A stretch of DNA of 48,129 nucleotides from Octopus sinensis (GCF_006345805.1 NW_021834641.1:1-48129), one strand, 5' to 3'. Counted from the first letter of the stretch, positions 1 through 12,149 are shown. Numbers and translations: made by a program. The notes: generated from the sequence alone by a model not told the origin.

Positions 1-297
1 CAGTGCACGTGTTTGGAAGTGACTGGAAGTAGAAGGACAAAGAGAAAGTCTTTTCTGTGACAAGAGATTGTGAAGAATGTTTGGTATCTGTGTGTATGTA
101 TGTGCGTGCGTGCGTGTATGTATGTATGTATGTATATATATATATATGTGTGTGTGTATGTTTGTGTGTATGTTTGTGTGTGTGTGTGCGTATACACACA
201 CACATATATCGCTTAGGCATTGCGAGATTTATAGCCTGGTGTAGAATTCATTATACGTATGTCTCAGAACAAAGTGTTGCAGGAGTATAGAACGGTG

Positions 298-674
298 ATA
301 AAGAAAAAGATATGACACAGCAAAAACAATGGTTACGCCGTGAACTTCAGTAGCTTACAGCTGTTTCTGGTATAAGATACAGTGGACTCATATCACAGTG
401 CGGGAATAACCTTCAATAGCTTCATCGGAGCCTCGAATATGAAGTCTGATTTATTTCGGAGAAATTTTACATTTTTGCAATATACAAGGATGGCATTATC
501 AGTGAGAAATCTATTATTGGTGCGTATAAAATGTCTATATTTGAGGCTCCGACGAAGCCAGAGAATGTTATTCAGGCATTCAACTACGAGTCCGCTACAT
601 CTATCGCAGAAACAACTGTAGGCTAATGAAGTTCATAACATAACCATTGTTTTTCCTGCGTCATATGTTTTCTT

Positions 675-678
<4 letters not shown>
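298..678. mobile_element. Foldback/MITE-like palindromic element with ~73-bp imperfect terminal inverted repeats and an inner inverted repeat
   Basis: 298-370 (ATAAAGAAAAAGATATGACACAGCAAAAACAATGGTTACGCCGTGAACTTCAGTAGCTTACAGCTGTTTCTG) is the imperfect reverse complement of 606-678. A second pair lies at 419-440 / 537-558 (GCTTCATCGGAGCCTCGAATAT / ATATTTGAGGCTCCGACGAAGC). Confidence 0.75.
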
Positions 679-726
<48 letters not shown>

Positions 727-1099
727 CACACATATGGCTATATATGCATGCATACATATAAAGAACCATACACATCTTACAAACAACGGTTCACTACTCT
801 TCTGTGCCTCACATGTTATATGATTTCTTTTTTCTCCTTGTAATTGGTCTGTGTATTCATGGAGACGTTGTCAAACACTTTGAAAGAATTAGAATGAAGT
901 ATGGAAGGGAGACCACCACCACCTTTACTTCACCTGTCGTTATATAACCACACTTAGCATTTCAACCGCTAAAAAGAAAAAAGATGTTTTCTATTTTACT
1001 TGCTTCGCAAATTGTTCACTGTATTCATAAAACCTTAGTGCCGCTATTAAGTGTTTTATCTGTGTGTAGTCATCCGTATTGCGTTCTTTGAAGTTTGTG

Positions 1100-1163
1100 C
1101 TTATATTGTATATATATGTATATGTATATATATGTATATGTATATATATATATTATATATATA

Positions 1164-1247
<84 letters not shown>

Positions 1248-1323
1248 GTATGTATATATATATGTACACGTAAAAGTGCCAACACTTTTGTGAAGTAAAA
1301 TAATAATAATAAAAATGATAATG

Positions 1324-1362
<39 letters not shown>

Positions 1363-1504
1363 TAATAATAATAATAATAAAATCAGTGGAATAAAGCATT
1401 GCTAAAAGAAAAACAGAACATTAACAATTACAAGTATAACAATAATGGTAGCAATAATACAAATAACATAATAATAATGATGATGATGATGATGATGATG
1501 ATGA

Positions 1505-1554
<50 letters not shown>

Positions 1555-1585
1555 TTATTATTATTTTTCTTCTTCTCTTCTTCTT

Positions 1586-1681
<96 letters not shown>

Positions 1682-1700
1682 TTTCTTATTATTATTATGA
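1100..1700. repeat. Compound microsatellites (TA)n, (AAT)n, (GAT)n, (TAT)n
   Basis: Directly visible; they explain the poly-Y/I/L ORFs at 1051-1875. Confidence 0.97.
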
Positions 1701-1946
1701 ATTCTATTTTTGGCGCATGTCCATTAACAATATGATATTGTGGTCTCGTATCGCTGGTTTGTTTGGTTTATCACCTTACAATATTTCGGTTTTATGTGGA
1801 CAGATCATTTCAATTCTCCTGGCATGGGTTTCTATACGCATACATACATACATACCTACATACATACATACGTAAATGCATGCACACATACATGCATACA
1901 TACATATGTGTACATATTAATATATATATATATATATAATATATAG

Positions 1947-1988
<42 letters not shown>

Positions 1989-3620
1989 CATACACAATGC
2001 AGCAACCGTTTTTCTAAAGCTAGCACTTTTTTATTCTCTAGCTAATGTTTTATTATTCTGTAACTAACACTCGTTCTTTTTACCAAGCATTTGTTAGCTC
2101 TCGAGCTAAAATTCCCTTTACTCCAGCTAATACATTTTGCTCTCTAGCTAACAATAATTCTCTTGTTCATTAACGGACATTCTTGAAGCTCTAGCTAAAA
2201 GATATCGTTCTCAAGCTCAGTGACTCTCAAATGGGCAAAAAACACCTAGTCCCTTGTCCACCCCCAGAAACATATAAATAAAAATGTTTGCCTTCCATCC
2301 TTCTTTATTAATGAGCAAGCCAATTAGATTTTACATCTGTTTAATTCTTCTAACTTTTCTATAATGTTGGACAAATTTTAAAATGCTTAAGCGAATCACT
2401 TTTTATTAAAGATAGCATTTTATCCATCACCACTCCCTAAGCTTTGCAGCCACCAGTATTGTTTGTTCTCTCTCTAGCGAATGTCGATTGTTTTAATAAC
2501 ATTAATTGTTCTGTTTTTGTCTTGTAGCTAATATTGTTATTTGTTGCATGCTGGCTAACATTTTTGATCTCTAACAGTCGTTGATCCCTAACTAAAATTT
2601 ATTGATCTGTAACCAATATTCCCTGTTTTCAAGCTAGCATTCTTTTTTCTGAAGCTAACATTATTTTTTAAATATTTTCTTGCTAATTTTTGTTCTCTTG
2701 CAACAATTTATTGGTTTTTGTTTAACATTTCAACAACTGTATTTTTTAAGTGACGCTTGTTTTTTACTATCTAATATCTCTTGGTCTCTAGCTAATATTC
2801 TTTGCTCCCTAGCAAATATAACTTGCTCTCGAGTTAAAATTTCCAGTACTGCAGCTAACATCATTACACGCTTCTTGCTGTCATTCTTGGTCTCAAGCTA
2901 ATAGTTGTTGTCTTACAACAGACAATAACTCTTCCCTGTTTCACAAATATTACCTTCTAGCTAATATTTCTTATTCCCTTCTTCGAATTCGTATTTCTTA
3001 AACTCTAGTTGTTCTTTACGTGATATTTTTGGCATTCTAACATTTTTTATTCGGTATCTGAATAACTTTTCTTTCGGCCTCCTATCTAACATTCATGCAC
3101 CTCTAGCAAAAGTTGCTGTATTTTACTTTAATATTTTTGTTCCAACTTATTGCTCTTTATTTGCTAATTATTTTCCATTATTTTTTTTCTTTCACTGGCG
3201 CTTGTTTGTCTTTCAGTAATATCTCTTGGTCTCCAGCTAATACTTGTTGTTCCCAAGCTAATATTACTTGCTCTTTAGTTAAATTTTCCTACCCTGTAGG
3301 TATCACTATTACACACGTCTTGCTGTTGTCCTTGGAATCCAGCTAACATTTGATACCCTTGAACAGTTTTTATTTTTCCACAAACATTCATCCTTTTCTA
3401 GCTGATATTATTTGTATCCTAACTTTTTTATTTCTAAAACTAATCATTTTTCGACCTCTAACTAAAATTCATTGACCTGTAGCTAAAATTTGTTATTCTC
3501 AGGGCAACTTCTTCACAAACTAGCTTTCTTCTTCTTTCGATAACGTCTGCTGTACTCTACCCAACGTTTTGGTTTGCCACGCTAAAATCTATTGTTTATT
3601 CCTAATATCTATTATTTTGT

Positions 3621-3956
3621 GAAGGCGCATGGCTCAGTGGTTAGAGCGTCAAGCTTACGATCGTGAAGTTGTGAGATCGAATCCTGGACCGGGCTGCGTG
3701 TTGTGTTCTTGAGCAAGACACTTTATTTCACGTTGCTCCAGTTCACTCAGCTGTAGAAATGAGTTGCGACGTCTCAGGTGCAAAGCTGTATCGGCCCCTT
3801 TGCCTTTCCCTTGGATAACGCTGGTGGCGTGGAGAGGCGAGGCCTGTATGCATGGGCAACTGCTGGTCTTCCATAAACAATCTTGCTCAGACTTGTGCGT
3901 GGGAGGGTAAATTTCTAGGTGCAAGCCCGCGGTCAGTCATGACCGAAGGGGGTCCC
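3621..3956 (+). mobile_element. tRNA-derived SINE, family G
   Basis: A box TGGCTCAGTGG, B-box-like GATCGAATCC and central domain TGTGTTCTTGAGCAAGACACT. A second copy lies at 20776-21111 on the opposite strand. Confidence 0.9.
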
Positions 3957-4601
3957 AATATTATTCTGTATTATTTTTCCCTTTAATTGACGCTCTTTGT
4001 TGTTCTTCTAATATTCCTTGGCCTCTCGCTAATGTTTGCTACTACTTAGCTAATATTATTTGCTCTCTAGCTACAAATTCCTGTACACTGACTATCATTG
4101 TTTCGTTCCCGTTTGTCATTTCTTGTTATCCTTCAAACTGCATTGATCCTTCTGTTGCTAATATTTCTTATCCTTCAGCTGACATTGATCATACTTTGCC
4201 TAATATTCCTTATTCCCTCTCTCATATTTTTGCTTGCTAGATTCTAGTTGCTCTCTAGCAAACATTTTTGTATTCTAAATTTTTATTAAAAATTCAATAG
4301 CTAATATTTTCTTTTTTGTCGCCAATTAACGTTCGTTGACTTCAAGCTAAATTGTGTTGTTTTCTGGATAATTTTCATCACTAGCTAACGTTTTTCGTCT
4401 TTTCTCGTTAACATTTGCTATAGTCCAATTATTTTTTTTTTCCTGTCAAGCTAATCTTAATTGTCTTTCCACTGTTATTCACTAGTTTTTCTTTTGTTTT
4501 CCTCTCTTTAATAGCTGTACTTCACTGGCTAACATTTGTTGTTCTTTAACAAATACACATCTTTTTCTAGATAACATATTTTGTCCTCAAATTAACATTC
4601 A

Positions 4602-4602
<1 letters not shown>

Positions 4603-4665
<63 letters not shown>

Positions 4666-4680
4666 GCTCTCTCTCTCTCT
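4603..4680. repeat. (CT)n microsatellite
   Basis: Directly visible. Confidence 0.98.
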
Positions 4681-4804
4681 GTAACATTTGTAAGTTTTAA
4701 ATAATATTTGTTCTTCTTTTGCGCTAACATTCATTAGTCTCTCCTCGAATTCTTTGCCTCCAGATATATTTTGGTCTTTACTATTCGTTGATCATATACT
4801 AAAA

Positions 4805-5051
4805 CAGGGCTAGGCAACTTTTCGTCAACTGGGGGACGCATCGTGCCATTTCCAAGTGGGAGAGGGCCGCATGATAAAACACATATGCATGAAATATTAC
4901 ATTCCCAACTGAATTATTTGCAGTTCTTCTTAATTTTATTTGTCTTAGTATGAAAGTTTATTTGTCTCAATATGAAATTAGCAACCCAGAAACTCACCGA
5001 GGGCAGCAGAACATGTAGGGCCGCAGGCGGCCCGCAAGTTACCCATGCATG
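4805..5051. mobile_element. hAT-type MITE with 8-bp TSD
   Basis: Starts CAGGGCTAGGCAAC and ends GTTACCCATGCATG (degenerate TIR). Subterminal GGGCCGCAGGCGGCCCGC is typical of hAT MITEs. Flanks TACTAAAA (4797-4804) / TGCTAAAA (5052-5059) match at 7/8. Confidence 0.75.
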
Positions 5052-5302
5052 TGCTAAAATATACTTTTATTCAGCTAACGTCCCTCACTTTCTAGCTGCC
5101 ATTTGTTTTCTAGCGAGCATTTTATGAGTGCCCCATGGAAATGTTTTGTTCTTTTACGACCATTGCCAAGCATGTTTTCTTTTGTTACGTCAGACTAGAA
5201 ATTTAAAAATCTTCTTAAATAGACATTACACAACACACACACCATCACACACCACACACACACACACACTATACATATATATATTATATATATATATAAT
5301 AC

Positions 5303-5621
5303 TCGCGACTCCAGTGCGTAACTGGTACTTTTTGACGACCCGAAAGGATGAAAGGCAACTCAGAACATAAAGACAGACGAAATACCTATTTCTTTACTAC
5401 CACACCCCAAAGCGCAACGCCGAGACCCAGACAGACAACAGGACGACAGAACGATAAACGATCGACAAGTAGCTATATCGACCCTACGTGCGTAATTGGT
5501 ACATAGATTAATCTACCCCGAAAGTGAAAAGCAATCGACCTCGCGGAATTTGATTCAGACGGTACGTTAACGAAATACGACAACGCATTTCGCCCGGCGT
5601 GCTAAGTATTCTGCCAGCTCG
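5303..5621 (-). mobile_element. SINE family B, dimeric, indel-rich copy
   Basis: Reverse complement matches the head GAGCTGGCAGAA..TTAGCACGCCGGGCGAAATGCG and the body of the 35110-35528 copy, with many small indels. Confidence 0.8.
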
Positions 5622-6271
5622 AAGTTTCTAAATAATGTTTGCCGTTTCCTAGCAAACATAATTTCGTCTCTCACATTCGTAAATTTCTTATTTGTTGTTC
5701 TATAGCTAACAACATTCTCTATTTTCTGGCTAACATATATTCATCTCCAGCTAATTTTCTTCGATTTTAAAAGCTAACATTTGTTTATACAACATCTAAC
5801 ATGTACATGTTATTCCCTAGCTAACATTTACTCTTTCCCTGTTATTTGTTATTCTCTAACTACCATTTTGTGTTCTTTGGTTAGCATTAGTTGTTCTAAT
5901 GGCGTAACATAGTAAATTCCATTGTCTCGACCACGGTCGAACAATGATGATGATGAGTTGTTCTCTCTAATATCCCTTCTTCACTATTGCTGTGTTGATC
6001 TTTAATATTTGTTGCTATCAGGCATCGTATTTTCTCGCTAATCTCTTTTGTTGTTTAATTAATATTCATTATTTTCTTGCTAATATGGTTTTGTTCTCTA
6101 TTTTATATTCATTGTTCTCCAACAAAATCCACAGTACCCCAGCTAATACGTTGCGTTCTTTAACAAGCATTCTCAAAAATAGATTAGTTTTAGTAGGTCC
6201 CAGATGCCATTCTGTGCCAGACCTGCATAAATGTATTTAGAGAAAGTTATCTTCACAGACCAGCCATCTCG

Positions 6272-6706
6272 CTACTACTTACATCTACTTACCTACCTAC
6301 CTACCTACCTACCTACCTACCTACCTACCTACCTTCCTACCTCCCTACCTACCAACCAACCTACCTACCTACCTACCTACCTACCTACCAACCTACCTAC
6401 CTACCTACCTACCTACCTACCTACCTACCAACCTACCTACCTACCTACCTACCTACCTACCTACCTACCTACATACATACCTACCTACCTATCTAGCAAT
6501 CTACCAAGCTATCTACCCTTCTGGCTGTGTGTTTCTCTGCTTGTCTGATTGTCTGTCCATCTATCTCTATACATATTTATCCATCCATCCGTCCATCGGT
6601 CTATCCAGCTCTCCGTCCGTCCGTCACTCCCTCTCTCTCTCTTTCTCTCTCTCTCTCTCTTTCTATCTCTCTGTCTATCTATCTATCTGTCCGTCTGTCT
6701 GCCTGT

Positions 6707-6772
<66 letters not shown>

Positions 6773-6810
6773 CTCTGTCTATCTATCTATCTGTCCGTCT
6801 GTCTGCCTGT

Positions 6811-6872
<62 letters not shown>
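6272..6872. repeat. (CCTA)n followed by (TCCG/TCTG/TCTA)n microsatellites
   Basis: Directly visible; source of the TYLP and LSIY ORFs. Confidence 0.97.
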
Positions 6873-6873
<1 letters not shown>

Positions 6874-7663
6874 GGCCTGGCAGTGCTACCGAGAAGCGCT
6901 ACCCTTCGGGATAAGCTCTACAGACACGGCTCGAGAAACACGGGGCGACCTGCCCGAGATGCGGTCAGAGCGACGAAACCGTTCTGCACGCACTCGTTCA
7001 GTGTCCAACAATTTCCGACCTGTGGGCTTATGTCGAACAACTGCTGTCACGTGTGGACGAGTCGGTTTATCAGCTGGTCTATCGTCAATATTGTCACGCC
7101 TCCTTCCTTCAAACGGGAAGGAAGAGCTATTTTCATCATCCTTGTGGCTATGGCGAAAGAATGTATCTGGTGGACGCGTCTGGAAAGGATTGGAGACAAA
7201 CACTTTCCTCTCTGGTCAATCTCTCATCAACTTCTTCGAGTACCACTGAAAAGGAAAGTGAGAGTAGAGAGGCAAGTTTTGTCTAGCGAATGTTTTAAAA
7301 AAAGATGGGTGAATGTAGCAAGAATGGCACGTATGAATGACGAAGCCACCTTGAGCATAGTCCTATGAACCCAGAAATCGAAACAGAGAGTTGCTTATTT
7401 GCAAAAAAAAAAAAAAAAAAAAAAAAGATATAAAATTGACTTCATTGACCGAGGTTACCGTGGTCTTTTCCGCAGGCTTTTCTTTCCACGGGTAAACCTC
7501 ACCTGTCCTCCCCTTTACACTTCATATTGACATCTCTGTGATACGATCCCTATTGATCATTTTTTTTTCCTCTCCCCCCCCCCCTTTTTTTTTTTTTTTA
7601 ACCCCCCCTTATTTTTGTCCTCTTTCTCTCCTTTTACGATCCCTTTTGATCGAACCCCCCCTT

Positions 7664-7697
<34 letters not shown>

Positions 7698-7767
7698 CCT
7701 TCAAAAGAAAAGCTCTACCTTGTATTTGTTCTATCTGTGTGCAGCCCTGTGTGGCTAATAAAGAACA
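6873..7767 (+). mobile_element. 5'-truncated L1-clade (Tx1-like) non-LTR retrotransposon: ORF2 C-terminal CCHC finger plus 3' UTR
   Basis: Joining frames across about six 1-nt indels gives [57 protein letters not shown]...[66 protein letters not shown] (stop 7366-7368). CX2CX8HX4C at 6951-7004. AATAAA at 7757-7762, then (TATC)n. Confidence 0.88.
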
Positions 7768-7801
<34 letters not shown>

Positions 7802-8122
7802 GCCATCAACCTGAGCTACACCTACAGGTGCAATAGTTGATGATGCAAGATGACAAAAAAATTAGTTCATTTACCGCTGCATGCGATAGGTACGGATTTC
7901 CTAAGAATCTTTATTACGTAAATATATTTACAGTTAGGTGAACTGGAATATTTTATAATTAAATGTCTTTTCGCACCACAAGCCTGTTAGCTAGTCTTTG
8001 TAGAGTGGATAAGCTTTGATACACATGCTCATATATATTCGATTCAAAACTGCCATAGTTTCTTCATGTTTTTTTTCCATATAGTAACACACACACACAC
8101 GCACACGCATGTATGTATGTGA

Positions 8123-8162
<40 letters not shown>

Positions 8163-8249
8163 TGTATACATGTGTGCGTATATATGTGTTAGTATGTATG
8201 TTTGTGAGTGTGTGTTTGTGTGTGTCTGTGTGTGTCTGTATTTATGTAC

Positions 8250-8719
8250 AGGCGGGGCTGTGTGGTGAGAAGCTTGCCTCCCAACCACATGGTACGGCTC
8301 CAGTCTCACGGCGTGAAACCTTGGGCAAGTGTCTCCAACCATAGCCACGGGCCGACCAAAATCTTCTGAGCGGATTTCGTAGACGGTAACTGAAAGCCCG
8401 TCATCTGCACACACACGTCACACGTCACACGTACGTACGTACGTTTGTATGTTGTATGCATGTAAGTATGTATGTATGTAAGTATGTATGTAGGTATGTA
8501 TGTATGTACGTATGTATGTATGTATGTAGCTATGCGTGTGTGTCTTTGTCTCACCACCGCCTCTTGACAACCGGTGTTGTGTTTAGGTTCCCGAAACTTA
8601 GCGACAGGATAACCATCATGCTGAAATGTGCAATTACTGGGTTCGATTCGTTCGACTAAAATTTCTTCAAGGCGGTGCCCCAGCATGGCCGCAATGTAAT
8701 GACTGAAACGATTAAAAGG
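8250..8719 (+). mobile_element. tRNA-derived SINE family A with internal microsatellite
   Basis: Head GGCTGTGTGGT..AGCTTGC, CTTGGGCAAGTGTCT and GGTAGACGG domains; tail ...GGCGGTGCCCCAGCATGGCCGC..ATGACTGAAAC. Homologous to 25007-25460. Confidence 0.9.
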
Positions 8720-8764
8720 TAGAGGATATATATGCTCACATACACAAACACACACCTATATATT

Positions 8765-8984
8765 CTTTCCTACTCTAGGCTCAAGGCCCGAAAATTTTTA
8801 GAGAGTGGTGGGGGGATCGATTAGATCGACTCCAGTACGCAACTGGTACTTAATTCATCGAACCCCGAATGATGAAAAGAAAGTCGACTTTAAACTCAGA
8901 ATTTGAACTCAGAACCTAAAGACACACGAAATACTGCTAAACATTTCGCCCGGCGTGCTAACGTTTCTGCCAGCTCGCCGCCTT
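8765..8984 (-). mobile_element. SINE family B, monomer
   Basis: Reverse complement begins AAGGCGGCGAGCTGGCAGAAACGTTAGCACGCCGGGCGAAATG and contains the B-box-like GAGTTCAAATT. Confidence 0.88.
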
Positions 8985-9005
8985 ACGCACGCACACACAC
9001 GCACG

Positions 9006-9063
<58 letters not shown>

Positions 9064-9417
9064 CTACATATATATATTGCTTTCTTTAAAAGTTCGGTCA
9101 CTCAACAGTCTAGAATAGATAATCTAGCAGTTTTTCCACTGTAAATTGTATCTTTGTTTCCTTCGTCGCAATGAATGGAAAGCTAAACTCCATTGGTTAG
9201 AACCCGTGTATAGTTGAGGAAGCATTTCATTAGGTCTTAATTTTTGTTTTGTTGTTTTGTTGCTGTGTCTTATTGATAACACCTCCTTCATCATTTTATG
9301 GGCTTTGATATAATAATCGACACCAATAAATTCCCCAATTTTCTGTTTGTAAACAGACCATTTATTTAGAAATCGTTGTCAGTGTCACATGCCACTAATA
9401 TTCCCTGGCCTCATTTT

Positions 9418-9457
<40 letters not shown>

Positions 9458-9461
<4 letters not shown>

Positions 9462-11629
9462 GTTTTGTTAAATGACGAAGGTCGGCGTCCCTCATCCTTT
9501 CAGAAGACTTAAGACGATAAAGGATAAAGGTGTTGGAGGTTAAAATACAATGCTTCTTAGCATTGTACAAAGCTTTGCAAGGTCTATTACCGTTTTACAA
9601 TGTTTCGAGAATAAAGAACGATGTCCATGGCCTTTCACGAGGCCTTTCACGGGGGAAAAAGAATCGTTACCCATTTAAAAAGTCTTCGAGAAAGCGAGGA
9701 CGAAAATCATAAAATATTTAACCCGCAACTCTGGTCCTGAGTGGACCATACTAAAGACACCAAGAGCTTGGTAGTGATATGAAATCGCACGACAGATTAA
9801 ATCTAACAGCTACGAACAGGAATAGACACTCTCACAGTTTCCGTCTACATAGGTGAAACGCACTACCTAAGTTCCTGTATAATATTATCCAGCCGGAAAA
9901 TACTTGACTGTGAAGGGGAATTTCTTAACGACGTGGTATGCATCAATAATGAGCCCATGTATCAATGATGTAAAACTAATTTTTTCACTTGAATGATCAG
10001 AAAAACCACTCTAAAAATACTCTAATCTCATATTAAATAGATTAATGCAGAGAGTAATAGAGACAGAAAACAAAGGGAATGAAGAATAATATTAAATGCA
10101 TTTCTGTACTTTTAAGCAACAGGTAAGCAATCATGAATGTACTATCTTTTTTTTTCTTTTACCCTTGAAACAGCTAGCTGGATGTCGTGGTTGGAAGGAA
10201 GGCAACTATATGACTATTTAATAAGACAGGGTGCATAATAAAAAGATTAAGACGGGATAGGAAATATCGTATAACTATTTAGCTTAAGAAGATAGCTAAT
10301 TTATGGCAGACATAAATATAACGCAGGAATTAAGATGAAATACAGTGTCAAAATTTAGGAAAAACAATCCACTACCTTTAGCTCATTAGCAATTAAGAAA
10401 GTGGTGTTCTCGATTAGGTTAATAACGGACTGTACATGTAATGACCAGAAGTAAAAATTACAGAGAAATATGATGTGTGTGGGTATGTGTGCTTAACTAT
10501 ATACGCAGCATATATATATATATATATTATATATATATAATATATATATATATATAATATATTAGAGTTTTGTTAAATGACGAGGTCGGCGTCCCTCATC
10601 CTTTTTCAGAAGACTTAGACGATAAAGGATAAAGGTGTGTTGGAGGTTAAAATACAATGCTTCTTAGCATTGTACAAACTTTGCAAGGTCTATTACCGTT
10701 TTACAATGTTTTTCGAGATAAAAGAACGATTGTCCATGGCCTTTCACGAGCCTTTCACGGGGGGAAAAAGAATCGTTACCCATTTAAAAGTCTTCGAGAA
10801 AGCGAGACGAAAAGGACGAAAATCAGAAAATATTTAACCCGCAACTCTGGCCTGAGTGGACCATACTAAAGACACCAAGAGCTTGGTAGTAGTGATATGA
10901 AATCGCACGACAGATTAAATCTAACAGCTACGAACAGGAATAGACACTCTCACAGTTTCCGTCTACATAGGTGAAACGCACTACCTAAGTTCCTGTATAA
11001 TATTATCCGCCGCGAAAATACTTGACTGTGAAGGGGAATTTCTTAACGACGTGGTATGCATCAATAATGAGCCCATGTATCAATGATGTAAAACTAATTT
11101 TCACTTGAATGATCAGAAAAACCACTCAAAAAATACTCTAATCTCATATAAATAGATTAATGCAGAGAGTAAGAGTAATAGAGACAGAAAACAAGGGGAA
11201 TGAAGAATAATATTAAATGCATTCTGTACTTTTAGCAACAGGTAAGCAATCATGAATGTACTACTATCTTTTTTTTCTTTTACCCTTGAAACAGCTAGCT
11301 GGATGTCGTGGTTGGAAGGAAGGCAACTATATGACTATTTAATAAGACAGGGTGCATAATAAAAAGATTAAGACGGGATAGGAAATATCGTATAACTATT
11401 TAGCTTAAGAAGATAGCTAATTTATGGCAGACATAAATATAACGCAGGAATTAAGATGAAATACAGTGTCAAAATTTAGGAAAAAACAATCCACTACCTT
11501 TAGCTCATTAGCAATTAAGAAAGTGGTGTGTCTCGATTAGGTTAATAACGGACTGTACATGTAATGACCAGAAGTAAAAATTACAGAGAAATATGATTGT
11601 GTGGGTATGTGTGCTTAACTATATACGCA

Positions 11630-11632
<3 letters not shown>
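9458..11632. repeat. Tandem duplication of a ~1.1-kb unit (9458-10510 and 10563-11632) delimited by (TA)n
   Basis: The units align end to end at an offset of 1105. Differences are almost all 1-3 nt indels. Confidence 0.95.
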
Positions 11633-11676
<44 letters not shown>

Positions 11677-11679
<3 letters not shown>

Positions 11680-12065
11680 TTTTACTTATTTCAGTCATTT
11701 GTCTGCGGCCATGCTGGAGCACCGCCTTTAGTCGAGCAAATTGACACCAGGATTTATTCTTTGTAAGCCTAGTACTTATTCCATCGGTCTCTTTTGCCAA
11801 ACATCTATGGTACGGAGACGTAAACATAACAACATCGGTTGTGAAGCGATGGTGGGGGCACACACAAGCACATGCATACATATATATATATATATATATA
11901 TACGACGAGATTCTCTCAGTTTCCGTGTACCAATTCCATTCACAAAACTTTGGTTGGCCCGAGGCTATAGTTGAAGACACCTGCCCAAGGTGCAATGCAG
12001 TGAAAAGGGCTGAGCCCGGAACCACGTGTTGGGAAGCAAGCTTCTAACCACACACCCACTCCTGT
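11677..12065 (-). mobile_element. SINE family A
   Basis: Reverse-complement match to the head and tail of 25007-25460, with an internal (TA)n. Confidence 0.9.
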
Positions 12066-12066
12066 G

Positions 12067-12097
<31 letters not shown>

Positions 12098-12118
12098 ACG
12101 TATATATTCACTTACCCA

Positions 12119-12149
<31 letters not shown>

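Larger units (their letters stand above)
2025..6180. repeat. Degenerate 21-bp minisatellite (core CTCTAGCTAAYATT), interrupted by SINEs, a hAT MITE and (CT)n
   Basis: The GCTAA-like core recurs at exact 21-bp steps, for example 2771, 2792, 2813, 2834 and 2855. The motif persists to about 6150. Confidence 0.8.

Noticed and set aside
57-1995. ORFs rich in Y/I/C/V/L/N
   Set aside because: They are translations of (TA)n, (TG)n and (AAT)n microsatellites, with no coding signal.
2218-2456. Possible hAT MITE starting CAGTGACTCTCAAA
   Set aside because: The right end matches poorly and I found no TSD.
6527-7368. 240-aa and 279-aa ORFs as host genes
   Set aside because: The N-terminal halves are (TCTA)n and the C-terminal halves are pieces of a frameshifted LINE ORF2.
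10146-10240. Polypyrimidine tract plus CAG followed by SWMSWLEGRQLYDYLIRQGA*, a possible last exon
   Set aside because: Short, with no recognisable homology and no partner exon; such acceptors arise by chance in AT-rich DNA. It needs RNA-seq.
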